From Macrostomum hystrix (taxonomy: Eukaryota; Animalia; Platyhelminthes), in contig CATNEN010000003.1 in assembly GCA_950097015.1 (NCBI GenBank), positions 1,302,001-1,366,000 on the forward strand: DNA of 64,000 bases. The letters run 5' to 3'. Position numbers and translations under genes: made by a program. Under the pieces are notes generated by a model. That model was not told where the DNA came from. It did no database searches and was given only the letters and a program-made list of their open reading frames with translations. Positions 12,448 to 25,000 of the stretch are shown in pieces (the first letter of the stretch is position 1; the number at the start of each line of letters is the position of its first letter).

Positions 12448-13721
12448 ATGGATCTAGATCTGTATATTGACTGTCCATTGGGTGCCACTTTGCGATTGGT
12501 GGCATCAGCCTGCGACACTGTACTCTCTGTGAAGCTGCGACTTCAGACCCTTTTGCGCAACAGCCTGCCAGCCAATCAGCAGCGTCTTGTCTGGCGCGCC
12601 TGCGAGCTGGCCAATGAGCGACGCCTGATTGAATACGGCGTTGTGTCTGGCTGCACCCTGCGACTGCTGCCTCATCTGCACGCTGGCCCCGCTAGCCTGC
12701 GTCAGCTGCCGACGCCTTTGCAGCCTAGTCCTCCATCTAACACGACCGAACTTCAGCCCCAGCTGGCTGCTCTGGCTGCTACCTATCGTCAGGCGGTAAG
12801 TTAATTCTTCGTCACTCGTCCAAAGTGGTTGGGACACTACAGTTGTCTTAGAGCTTGTTGTCTTGTCTACTAGCTGGTTAGTTGACATGACACCCTCTTG
12901 TCATACCAAGTGACAGTCTGTAGTCATACAAGTTGCCAGCGTGTAGTTATACAAGTTGTCAGTCTGAGCTGTAGTCATACAAGTTGACAGTCTGAGCTGT
13001 AGTCATACAAGTAGGTTATTTGACACCCTGTAGTCATACAAGTTGCGAGTTTTTTGTCATACAAGTTGACAGTCCTGTAGGCAATATAGGTGACACCCCC
13101 AATATGCGGTTCATGTATGTAAAATCATCTATTAAGTAACTGTCACTCTTTAATCTCTTCCAGTGGGAAAACCTACAGCAGCATTTCGTTCATTATCATA
13201 ATTATCAACATGGGCAGCAACAGCCGCAGCAGCCGGCAGTGCCAAACGTAGCTAAAGCCAGCTACTATCTAGTTTATTGTCTGAGACCAAATGCAGCTAC
13301 CCCTAGCGACAATTGTGGCGCTTATGGCCACTGCTTTGATCTAGTTGGTATCTCCTGTTGTCTAGCAATGCCTGGGATGCCGCCTACAGCAGATCCTGCT
13401 GCTGCTGCTTCTAGTGCGGAATCAGCAACACAACCTGGCCACAATTCTGAAACATCCGATTCGACTCCGATGTCAAAATCTGGCGCCGCTGAGTCAGCAG
13501 ACGAAGCCTCAACCGGTGTCACGGACGCATCGCGCTGTTACGCCTGTCACCGTCGAACCGGGATTTCTGGCAGTTTCGCTTGCCGCTGCGGCCAGGTCTA
13601 CTGCTCAAGGCATCGCTACCCGGAGAGTCATGCCTGCAGCTACGATTATAAGGCGCAGGGTAGGCAAATCATCAGGGAAGCTAATCCCAGGGTGCTGGCG
13701 CCTAAACTGCAGCGCATCTGA
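12448..13721 (+). CDS. ZFAND4: Ubiquitin-like + AN1-type zinc finger protein (ZFAND4/ANUBL1-like), 301 aa
   Basis: join(12448..12795,13164..13721), phase 0 GTAAGT..CAG. N-terminal UBL (DTVLSVKLRLQ..QQRLVW..TLRLLPHLHAG); C-terminal AN1 finger CYAC..FACRCGQVYCSRHRYPESHACSYDYK..ANPRVLAPKLQRI. Confidence 0.88.
12900..13080 (+). repeat. Degenerate intronic repeat (GTAGTCATACAAGTTGACAGTCTGAGCT-like)
   Basis: Several imperfect copies of GTCATACAAGTTG in the ZFAND4 intron. Confidence 0.7.
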
Positions 13722-15564
13722 GTCTCATCCAGTCCTCCATTTAACCTTAGTTATATAACTCGCCATTCTTGTAATGCAGACTCCTCAGTGCCTGCTCACC
13801 TTGCTGGTAAAAAATTTACGTTTTCTTCACCGTCGAGCAAGATAAGAAGGAGCAGATATAAAAAGAAGAGGGCACCTTTTTTGGCGTTGTATTGTTAAGC
13901 TAAACCTTTCGCACACGCAGTTTTCTTGTGAAAAAGATGCAGAAGAAGAGCATTTTGTGAAGCCATTCGAGCCCAGTTCTAGCCAATACATACACTATGC
14001 GAAATATGTATTATCGGAATGTTCAAGCCGGAACTAACACAGTCCTATTTGATTTACTGCCCACAATCTATTTTAGTGACAGTTTTGTCACAATTTAAAC
14101 AGAAGAGAGACTTCATTTTAAAAAGCTTTTCCTTATCGCATTTCTTGCTGCTTTAACAAGTCTGTCATTCTTATTTTGAATTTTGTTTTAATTCAATGAT
14201 TAATTTCGCACGACGCACCTGTGGCATTTCCGCACACACCCTCATCGCCTTTTTTTAACACGAAGTTCTGTTGATTTATCCTAGAAGCAGATTCCGTGCT
14301 ACACCAATTTTGTGTTCTACGCACCAATTAACCAAGTGCATAATTAATTATTACACTACAATAATGCCGAAACTTAACACCAAAGTGAGCATTTTCATGC
14401 AGGCCGTCACCCAGATGAGTAAGAAATGTTTTACAGTGACTTGCGTCTGACAGGCACTCTCAAAGGCGAAGAATTACTCTGGGAGATTCGCTATATAAGT
14501 GGCTTTCTTTTTAGTTTTCTATTTTACAACCAACTATTATTAAAATTATATCACATTATGAATATTAAATGTCTATTTCTGATTCTCGTTAATTGTTGTC
14601 TTAATTATTTTATATTGTAGGTCACTGGTTAGAGCTCGGCAACTCAAATCTCAACACAAAAAAGTTTTTGTGTCATAGTGCCTTTAGTTCAACCCAGGTG
14701 TCTAAAGTTAGTTGAGCAGCCTCTTTTTCGTCATCGTCATCCACTTTTCAGATCGGACACTTCGTGATTCAGCCAATTGGCGAATCTTAAAGTTAAGCCA
14801 GTTCGTCATCCATCAATAGGAACTACTTGATTTATAGTTAGCTATTCGTACAGTATTAGGGCAAACCCTCAGTGTTCCAGGCGATCGCGAATGTAGCAGA
14901 GTTGGGAACAAGACAATGACAATAACCACACAGATTGTCGTACAGATGTTTTTCCTGTTTCGCTTATAGTATTGGATTGAATTGGATTAAAATTAATGTA
15001 TTTTAAATTGGTACGAAAGTGAAAAGAGGATTTGAACGAGAATAATAATTTGATATCGTTAGTAAGTTCACCCAGGGACGAAATCTAAGTAGTAATAAGG
15101 AAAAAATACTAGGCTACTGATTGAGGTGGGCAATTTGAAACTCGAATTTTAAATTCGAGCGAAGACAGCAATTAAACAGTCTATTTTTTATTTTAGTGCC
15201 GGCTGGCTTGACGTTTTACAATAAATAAAGAAATCTGAATACAATTGAGCTATGTATATGCATCGTACTTCGGTACGAGCGTATAACTAACAATTGTAAC
15301 TGCCTATAAATTATAAATTATATAATCTGCTAACAATCAGAATAATGACAGAACTACTGTCAATTAAATCCAAACAAAACGCTATTTTCTATAATCTATT
15401 CGCGTAGTACATGTGCAATACTTGAAAGCAGAAAAATGCTTGAAGACGTTGGTCTTGTTGACGACACAGACGAGGAGAACATTGCCTATTGAAAATTGTA
15501 CAAAAGCGTTTAAGTTACCAATTCAGACAGGTTTAGTAGAATTAAACATTCACATAGGAGACTC

Positions 15565-15685
15565 GTGGGCCGTGTTGACCTCAAGGACAAGGAAGTGTCA
15601 AGCTCAAGGACAAATGGTTTCAGCTCATGGAGTCGGAAATCGAACCCCCGACCCTCTAGTCGCGAGTTAACCACTTGGCTACAAA
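15565..15685 (-). mobile_element. Degenerate tRNA/CORE-like SINE fragment
   Basis: Minus strand TGTAGCCAAGTGGTTAA...GGGGGTTCGATTTCC; similar to 26575-26838. Confidence 0.55.
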
Positions 15686-15906
15686 TGAATAATGCCAGTC
15701 ACTGTCAACAGGTAAAAGAAGGCAGGGTAGAAGAAAATCGAGAGACACAATATTCTAGAAACCAAATTACCCAGTTAGATAAAGATACATAAGAAAACGA
15801 CTAACAATACAGGCATGGAACTGTGACCGGGTTAATGCGAAAGTTGTATATAGGCCGATATTTATCTATCAACAGCGGATTTAAAGTAGACTAAAAAATC
15901 TGAAGT

Positions 15907-18570
15907 TCATGCCAGGGGTTGAGCAGTGTCGGCTAATTCGGTCACAGCCGCCATATTCGTGCCGCGCAGATTCAACAGTCCGGAGAGTAGGCAATCTCCG
16001 CCGAATCGTTCGTCAACATTATAGACAGCCAGATGACCGCCTGCAGCTGTAGCATCGCCCACACCGCTAGCCACAGCGCAGAGCAGTCTCAACTGACGGC
16101 CAACGTATGCCAAAGCGCACACAGAGCGACTGGCGCGTCCGTCGCCGCCTCCGCCGGGCAGCCGGGCTGTGGCGAAATCTCTGTCTAGGGACAGCGCGGC
16201 GGGCAGATAGGCCGATGTGGCCCTGTACGCCCAGCTGACCCACGACTGCTGCGACTCTTGCAACTGCTGCTGCTTCTAGGAGGAATACGATTTTATTTAG
16301 CCAGTGTAGAGCTGAACAGGACTCACTGATCTATACCAGCTCATCTAGCCACTGCAGAACAGGACTCACTGATCTATACCAGCTCATCTAGCCACTGCAG
16401 AACAGGACTCACTGATCTATACCAGCTCATCTAGCCACTGCAGAACAGGACTCACTGATCTATACCAGCTCATCTAGCCACTGCAGAACAGGACTCACTG
16501 ATCTATACGAGCTCATCTAGCCACTGCAGAACAGGACTCACTGATCTATACCAGCTCATCTAGCCACTGCAGAACGAGTCCTACCTCCAGTTTCTGATGC
16601 TGCGAATCCAGGCTGAACACGTGCAGCGTCTCAGTGTTGGAGCAGCAGGCCAGAAAGCTGGAGTCGCGACTAAACGCCAGCGAGTGCAGCGAAACGCATC
16701 GTTTAACGCCGCGACGAAATTCGGCCAATCGTTCGCCGTCTGGCACTGAGAATACTCGAATCACTGTGCCCTTCTCGGATGCCGTCGCCAGCCTAGTCGC
16801 TGTTGAATTGAAAGACATGGCTGCTAGAGGGCTGCTGTGCGCCGGAATCTGAATTTAGGTGGGGGGGGGGTAAGAAACTTGCCTGTTTTTTTGGGGATTT
16901 TATCGGTGAATAGGGATAATTATAATAATAAGGACTGCATGCAATGGCACATCATTTGGAGACACTAGACCAGCAGCCATCACAAGCGCACACACAGGTG
17001 TTTCATGGCTGTGTTCCCTGACTTTCTCATCGTCAGGCAGTGTACACTCTCACTGTGCCTTGGAGGTTGACCCTCAGAGGCGTAAATTTCACGACAAGCC
17101 CCCAAGCCTTCTCTCCGCTGCTGCGCCCCCCAAATTAATGTGGCCCTGCCGCGGAATCGAGCTCATGGACCTTGGTGCAAGAGGCAAACGCCAAAATATT
17201 TAGGCCGTTCCGCCAAAATAAATTTGAAAAATTGGGATTAAAGTGAAACAGGATATTTGAGGATCTATATTTAACGGTGAAAAGGGATTCCGGTGAATTT
17301 GAGTTTTTGTGCATTCGAAAGTCGTTAATTTGAGATTTTCGTGAATTAGAATTTAGAAAGAATTGGAAACTTATTGAATGTGATTTCATCGATAAAAAAC
17401 AACAATCTCACAGAGCACAATAGTCTTAGAGCCAATGCGTCAAATATCTTAGCCTCGCCAACATTGCCAGAAGCAGTTCCAGCCGGATAGGCAAGCAGGC
17501 AGATGTCCTGCTCGGAGCAGAGGGCGCAGAGGCCCCGCCTATTGCCGGTGCAGTCTCGTACAGTGTGAAGCACTTTCATATCCTGCAGGCTGTGCAGGTA
17601 AAGCGAATCGGCGAGACAAACTGCCAGGCGAAGACGGCTGAACCGGACAGTCAGAACAGGCTCCTGGAGACGCAATCGATTTGTTACTGGTTCGACACTA
17701 TTAGCTCATAGAGCCTTATTTCAAGTCATGAGCCGATAACTAATAAAAACTGTGATTTATTTTGTGATAAAAAAATTTAAATTAGAGAATGCCGGATTGA
17801 AAGCACAATGTATAGTTAACGGTATGAAACGGTAATAATCGATTTGAGACTTCCGGATATAGTAATGACTGATTTGAGACTTCAGGATATGGTAATGACT
17901 GATTTGAAACTTCAGGATATGGTAATGACTGATTTGAAACTTCAGGATATGGTAATGACTGATTTGAAACTTCAGGATATGGTAATGACTGATTTGAGAC
18001 TTCAGGATATGGTAATGACTGATTTGAGACTTCAGGATATGGTAATGACTGATTTGAAACTTCAAGATCTGGTAATGACCGATTTGAAACTTCAAGATCT
18101 GGTAATGACCGATTTGAAGGATTTAAAAATCAATAGAGGGTCCAATTAGCCATAGCCTACCTGATAGTTGCAGCTACAAATTTCAGTGCCCTTTTTAAAG
18201 TGCATCACCTTCAGCCTCTTTGGAGCAGACAGCATAACTATGGCTATCAAAGAGCTAGAGTAGTGACGCTCAACAATGCCGACTGCATCACCATGCCATC
18301 TATGCAATTCGTCGAGTTTGTCACCACTTGGAGCTACAGAATACAGAGCATATCCATCGCATAGACCAACAGCTAATGAGCTGCAGTCCTGATTAAAGCT
18401 AACATGCAGCACTGCCACACTGTTGGCTGCTGCTGCTGTTGCTGTGGATGCTGGAACAGCTGAATTAGGTTGCACCGGATCCTGCAATATTAAGCATAAT
18501 TAGTGTGTTATCTTACCAGAAATGCACTCTTAAATTGTTTTTGTCTAAATTTATTCATTTTACTGTCCAT
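15907..18570 (-). CDS. WIPI2: WIPI1/2 / Atg18 PROPPIN, WD40 phosphoinositide-binding autophagy protein
   Basis: complement(join(15907..16275,16585..16848,17412..17663,18161..18481)), all phase 0, plus a tentative first exon 18517..18570. Motifs [58 protein letters not shown]1 vs WIPI2 not resolvable; start exon uncertain. Confidence 0.93.
16315..16580 (+). repeat. 43-bp minisatellite (~6 copies) filling a WIPI intron
   Basis: Unit AGGACTCACTGATCTATACCAGCTCATCTAGCCACTGCAGAAC. Confidence 0.95.
16915..17195 (-). mobile_element. SINE family A copy
   Basis: Reverse complement matches 10355-10717 (GAGAGAAGGCTTGGGGGCTTGTCG, AGTGTACACTGCCTGACGATGAG, ATT tail). Confidence 0.85.
17841..18117 (+). repeat. 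30-bp minisatellite (~9 copies) in a WIPI intron
   Basis: Unit GATTTGARACTTCAGGATATGGTAATGACT. Confidence 0.95.
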
Positions 18571-18869
18571 GTCACAAGGCAAGTGTGCCATAAATCCTTA
18601 GGATATTGTTCAGTTACTGATCTTACAATATAGAATAGTACAGTTAATCTTAACAGTGCACCATAAGGTACATTGCCCTTAAATCTACCCAAATGGAGCA
18701 AATCTAAATATGTATGGATAACCTATCAAGCATTCCTGCTGTGTAGGAAGAATAATTGCTGCACTCAATGGATTTCAAGCGTATAGGTCCAATATCATTG
18801 TCTGCATTGACTAGTATTTGTTCCAATGGCTATGGCAACAGAGGAAATCTGAGTAATTATGTATGGTCT

Positions 18870-19872
18870 AATAATCAACACATTTGCAGGAGTGCTATGG
18901 GAAATGCTGAATTACACATCAATTGGTGACACTAGACCAGGGGTAGGCAAACTTACTTGCTGGTGGGCCAAAGAGAGAGCCTAAAAGACGACAGCGGGCC
19001 GCATTGACTGTATAAATGAGATGGGAGAGATGAGACACAGGAAATATGGGACATGAGAGAGATGAGACACGGGAGAGATTAGACACGGGAGAGATTAGAC
19101 ACGGGAGAGATTAGACACGGGAGGGATAAGATAGGGAGAGAATAGACACGGGAGAGATTAGACACGGAAGAGATTAGACACGGGAGAGATTAGACACGGG
19201 AGAGATGAGACACGAGAGAGATGAGACACGGGAGGGATAAGATAGGGAGAGAATAGACACGGGAGAGATTAGACACGGGAGAGATGAGACAGGGGAGAGA
19301 TGAGACAGGGGAGAGATGAGATACGGAAGAGATTAGACACGGGAGAAATTAGACAGGGGAGAGATTAGACACGGGAGAGATTAGACACGGGAGAGATTAG
19401 ACACAGGAGAGATGAGACACGAGAGAGATGAGACACGGGAGAGATAAGATAGGGAGAGACTAGACGCGGGAGAGATTAGACACGGGAGACATGAAACAGG
19501 ACACTGTAGATGTCAGAAGGGGCAACAGGCCGGATTTGGGAGCTTCGAGGGCCGCATCTGGCCCGCAGGCCGGAGTTTGCCGACCCCTGCACTAGACCCA
19601 CAGCCAGTGAGGAGTCAATTCTACCTATTTATCAGACTATTGTATGTAGCCATTTACTCACACAGGTGTGTACATGTGCCCTGACTTTCTCCTTGTCAGA
19701 CAGTGTAAACTTGAACTGTGCCATGGAGGTTGGCCCTAATGGGCATAAATTGTATAATGAGCATTCTCTCAGCTGCAGCACCCCAAATGAATGTTGCCTT
19801 GCTGCAGAATCAAGCACAAGGCCTTGGTATGAGAAACAAGTACTAAGTTAACCACTCTGCCACTCACCCCCA
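18870..19872 (-). mobile_element. Old SINE family A copy, split by the hAT MITE
   Basis: Joining the flanks restores ACATCAATTGGTGACACTAGACCCACAGCC, matching the copy at ~43891 (ACATCATTTGGTGACACTAGACCCGCAGCC); head near 19870. Confidence 0.75.
18938..19589. mobile_element. hAT (Charlie/Buster-type) MITE carrying an internal 16-bp satellite
   Basis: 16-bp TIR CAGGGGTAGGCAAACT / AGTTTGCCGACCCCTG; 8-bp TSD CACTAGAC with central TA (18930-18937, 19590-19597); internal (GGGAGAGATKAGACAC)n at ~19015-19500. Confidence 0.92.
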
Positions 19873-22088
19873 ATTATTAACTCTAATACAACTCTTTTGT
19901 GTTTATTCTAGTTCTAGTTCTTAAATATGATTAAAACTAAATTATTTGACAAAAATGATTCAGGACTAAATTATTTTCCTGAACATTAATTATATTAATA
20001 TAAAAAACTGTCAGTAGACAAATACCCTATCGGAATAAGTTGACAAATCCTGTCTGTTGCATTTTCTTATTTTTTTGTGTTAAATTGCGCTGCAGGGTTG
20101 CAATGGTGTTGCAATGTAGTGTTACATCTTGGGAGGTTTGAAAAGCTTGTTAGGCCAATATGTGTTGCCTCACAGTTTCAAGCCATATATTATACTTATG
20201 TTGCAAACCTTAATCATTCTTGATCATTTAACTTTGGCCTTGTTAGGCCTAGGCTAAGCTTAAATTAGAAAGTCACATTAGCGACATAAAATGCTTGCCT
20301 TTATCATCAATACTAGCTAGGCCTAGCTATACAAAAACAGGGGTTTTAATTGCCCATTGGGCCTGTCTGTATTAGTCATTTATATTTTGTTTCACAAAGA
20401 ATTGTAAAAAATGAATCAAAAGAATAAGCCTAACTTTTTTGGTAACTCAAACATGAAACTTAATTTAAAAAATGAATCATATATAGGCCCTATATTATTA
20501 TAGACCCACAACAGTCAACCACAGTTGACCACAGTCAACCACTCATAGCTAATCAATTAATCATGCAAACATTTCTTGATTAAAATGCACAACTTACAAA
20601 CTTAAACACCATTTAATATGAAATAAATGTACATAGCTGTAGGCCCCTATATGTATTGTATAGCTAAGGCCTAAAGTACAAGCATGCAGGTCTGGCATTA
20701 TTTAGTTTTACTATCCCCTTATACATTTGTCCTAGGCTATCAAGCCTGGGCCTGGGAACATTCTTCCGTTTGATTGCTCAGTTTCGGCTGGACTAGTTAG
20801 GCCTACTTCGACAAAAAACACCATCAGAAAACTTTTTCTGTAGTAAAATATTTCGATAACTTTTTTCTGTTTTCTACTCTTCTACTGTGTCCTTTAGGCC
20901 TATACAGGGATCGTAATAACGAAATAACGAAAGTGCCTAGAAAGTTAAAACGGGGATTCTAAAACGAAAGAATGCCACAGGTCTTATCTTGGCAGCGAAA
21001 TTGTAGCTCCACCTTTAGCTAGTGAATTTCATTTAATTACATCAACAACAGCTAGCCTACAACTTACACGAATGATTGATAAACAGTTATCAATGTGATA
21101 AAAAAATATGACGCTTAGTCACATGTTAGTGCACATGCTACGGCAGTGCGCATTTTCTTGCCCCATTTGAATGTGCGCATTTACTGTAATCTTCCATATT
21201 TACACTAACATTCGCGATGTAATTTTTTACTAGTATTATATTGTATTCGTATTGTACTTCCTTTATCTATTGTAATTTAATGTATTCGCATTTGTTTTAA
21301 TGTTTGTTAGTTAAATACTGTACACGTCATCGCGAACCCTTAGTCTGTACGCTGATTTTAAATACACTCGAGGGTGATTGGCGGCTACGTTCCCGTGCGG
21401 CTGGCGTCGAAGTGAGAGCTAAGTTAAAGTTTACATTTTGATTGCGAGTCTACAAGATTTGAAAACCAGAAATTCAGTAACACGAAATTGTTACTGAGCT
21501 TAAATTCAATTTCGCGCTTCATTTTTCGTTAAATATCGATCATTACTTACGGTGTAAATCCACCCTCATCCAAAACACAACCTGGAAAACTCTGCCCATC
21601 TCACCCTACACATTGCGTGTTCTATGAACACTTGTTCGCCACATCATTCGCCACAGACATACCGAAATATATTGAGGACGTAAAAAAAGTAATATTTACT
21701 GGTTACATTAATTTGTTTTTAATTTGTTCTAAAGTGTAAGAGTTATGTCCTAAACACACGTGCACCGGCCCTCATAAATTGCTACGAGTATTAGATTATT
21801 AGAAATTTACGAAAAATATAGGGGCTAGGCGTTACAGAAATTTAAGCTTTATTGAACAAAATAAAAATGTCTAAATGTTGATAAAAATATCAGACTGACT
21901 GTCTTATGCATAACCATGAAGCCCAATTATGCTCAACTGGCACCTGGCATACAGCAAGACCATGCAAAACTGATGTTAATCTGCACTGATATATTATCCA
22001 GTGCCCAATTTTTTCTGGCGTAGCGGGATACGAGTGCAACAGCATTTACTAAAATATAACCACGTCACCTTAGCGCTTGTTACAAGCA

Positions 22089-25000
22089 TTATTTTATGGC
22101 GCTCCCATCGCATATAATTGATGGATAATTCACCGTAGCGTCCTTCGACTCTTCATCACTTCCAATATTCATGTACGGAGCTTCTAGTGGTCGAGTAGCT
22201 AAATTTAGTGGGAAACGTTCGACATCATCGTCAATTTGTTCGTAGGCAAACTCCGTGCCATGGTCGCTTGTCGGGTGCTCAACAGCGGCGGTAGATGAGC
22301 TAGAGAGCAGCTGCATTGCAATCGTCACATCCGGTGCATTCCGCTCAGCTGGTACTCTGGACGTGGCTATCCGCGACCTCACCTGCAATTCGTGGGTTTT
22401 TAGACTTCTTTTCCAGTAAATCTATCCCTACTCTAGTACTGCTTAAATTTACATGATTTGTCTTTTCTCTAAATTGTTCTAGAGACAGGAAATAACTTTT
22501 TAGGCATTGTAGAGGATATAAAGAAACTCCAGCTCAGAGGTTTATCTGCCTTCAGCTATACGCACAGAAATATGATGCGTTGTTATGACGACGGCAACGA
22601 TGACGACGATGAAGGCTGCAGCAGCTGCCGTAGCATAGTAGGTCACCTGCCTGTAGCTCAAACGAATAGGCAGGTCAGGTGAAACTAAAAAAATAGTATG
22701 TGGAGTGTGTGGAATATTAAGACTTAAGATAAGGGCAGCGATCTTGCGTGCATGAGATTTTGGACTTAATGACTGAAAATCGGTAACGAACTTGAAGCAT
22801 TTTTCTATAAGTTCGTTTCGTTTATAACCATTTTTGTAGTCCTCAAAAACTCACAGATGCACCTGACGGCAACCAAAGGCACCTTAGCGACCGTCCGGAA
22901 TACCAACTCTCCATAGTACAGCTGCGAGGCCACACACTGCACAATGAGCCCTTGCAGCGATGCGTTCCACGCAAAGACAGCTTCAGAGCTCCAAGAGCCT
23001 CGCCCATCGGTGTGCATGGCCACTTCTCGCTGGAGTCCAAAATGGTTGAAAGATTTGTGCAGCGTCAGTGAGTTCATTGAGGGACTCAAATTGCAAAGCA
23101 AGCAGTGCAAAAGTGTGGAGAAATCGACATTGTCAGTCAAGCGCCTACCAGTCTCGACAGCCACATGTCCAAGCTGAATAAGATGCTGCAGGTGACGTTG
23201 GACACGGGCGGCCAGCGAACTTGATTCCATTCGCTCACCTGAACCCGAAGGATTCCAGCGCAGTCTCTCTCAGCTGACAGCTTGATGCCAGCCCTGTCGG
23301 ACTCTCCTGAAGCAGAAACGCAAAACAGCGATGGGGAAGAGTTGAAATTCCGTTCCGAGCTCTGATCCCCTGATTTAGTAAAATAGAATTTTCTAAAAAG
23401 CTTCGAAATGAGCTGCAAGGCGCAGAGCTCGCCGGCTCACCGAACACGGCTGGACTCGCTCTGGAATCGCTCTCAGAGTCCGGGTAGACAACTCCGGACT
23501 GGTTGACGCTGCACCGAACTTTCCAGCCTCCTGGAGCCATGGCTTCGCTCACCTGCAGTTCGTGTGTGCTGATGAACTCGCCTTGCTGAAATGGGAGTGC
23601 GTTGTACACAGTTTGAGTCGGGCTTCTCAAAGCTGCTCATTGCAGTGCTCAGCACTCACTTTCACGTTCAGAAGCGGCACAGGTGCGGCACCTGTCAGCA
23701 GCTCCAGCCAGCAGGTGTGGCTCACATTCCAGATGCTGCACTGGCTGGAGGTCACGGAAATGTTCCTGGTCTCTCCCACCTGCCAGTGACGACTCGGGCC
23801 CAGGTGGATGGCCGTCAGGCACGGCTCTGCGGGTGAAGATTGGTCGAGCTCTTCAGTTTAACATCTCGCTTGTTCAAAGCTGATGGACTTGAAAGTGCTC
23901 AGGGCTTTTAGAAATAAGACTTGGTGTGTGAGACTTGAGACAAGAGTTAGTGAACTCACCACTGATGAATGGAACATTGTACTGCTCAGCCCCAGTGCCT
24001 GACGAGCAGACGATCTCAGCATTCGCATCGGCAGCCGACACGTTGAATTTGAACTCTGACTCAACTCTGATGAGAGTTCGATTTTTGCTATCGAGCACCT
24101 TGAGCTGATTCTGAAATGTTTGTTGCTTCAGTGGCTGCAGTTTTGTGAGTGGCTGCATCAATATCAGAGCAATTTACCCAGCCAGCAATGCTCAGACTTC
24201 TGGGAGATTCCAGTGTCCCGATGAAGCAGCGATGCAGGTCCTCTGGAAGCGAGTCTGAGGAGAAGCGAACCGCTGCAGGAAATCCCGCAACCAGGACTGG
24301 AGAGACGGAGAGACTCATCTTATGAGGCAGGACTGCAGTGGATAAAATATTGAGGGGTGATAAAACTGATCGATTCCTCAAGAACGAAGCCACAGAGCTT
24401 CAGTACCTTCGCGCAGCAGCAGCTTCTCAAGCAGAACTGGTCCTTCTCTGTCCCAGCCGCACTGCAGCAGCATGCCGTGGTCTTGGAGAAGAAGAGCCAG
24501 CTTGAGTTTGTGAGTCCACATCCCGACTGCCATCTCCTCAGAGCCAAGCTGCAGAGGACGGATCAGGCAAGCAATGGGCCTCTTTATTCATGCGGAAATC
24601 ACAGGCCTCACAGAGGCAACTCACGTGTTCAAATACGTTTGCGGAGCTCGTTCTGCCAGCGTCCTGAAGCCAGCAAACCGGCTGCCTGTTGCCGCAGCTG
24701 TTCAGGTAGAGTTCGATGGCGTCTCCATTAGAAATCAACCCGTAGCAGCTGTACAGGTGCCTCCCTGACAGCGACAGATTCAACTGCATCAGGGGGTGAC
24801 GGCCTGAAGGGACAATGGAACAGACTTATTTGTTTCAATAGTGCTGCTCATCGAATAATGCCTTAGTGAAACAATTATCAAACCAGAGACCTGAGACAGA
24901 CACTGCCTGCCAGCTCAGCGGCCTCCAACTGCTCATGCGAAGGAAGGAGACAGGTGTCTGAAATAACAGGCCACGCATTTCTAATCAGAGTGACTGGGAG

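Noticed and set aside
21118-21140. E-box motifs (GTCACATG) as TFEB/CLEAR sites for WIPI
   Set aside because: Short motifs expected by chance, and the TSS is unknown.
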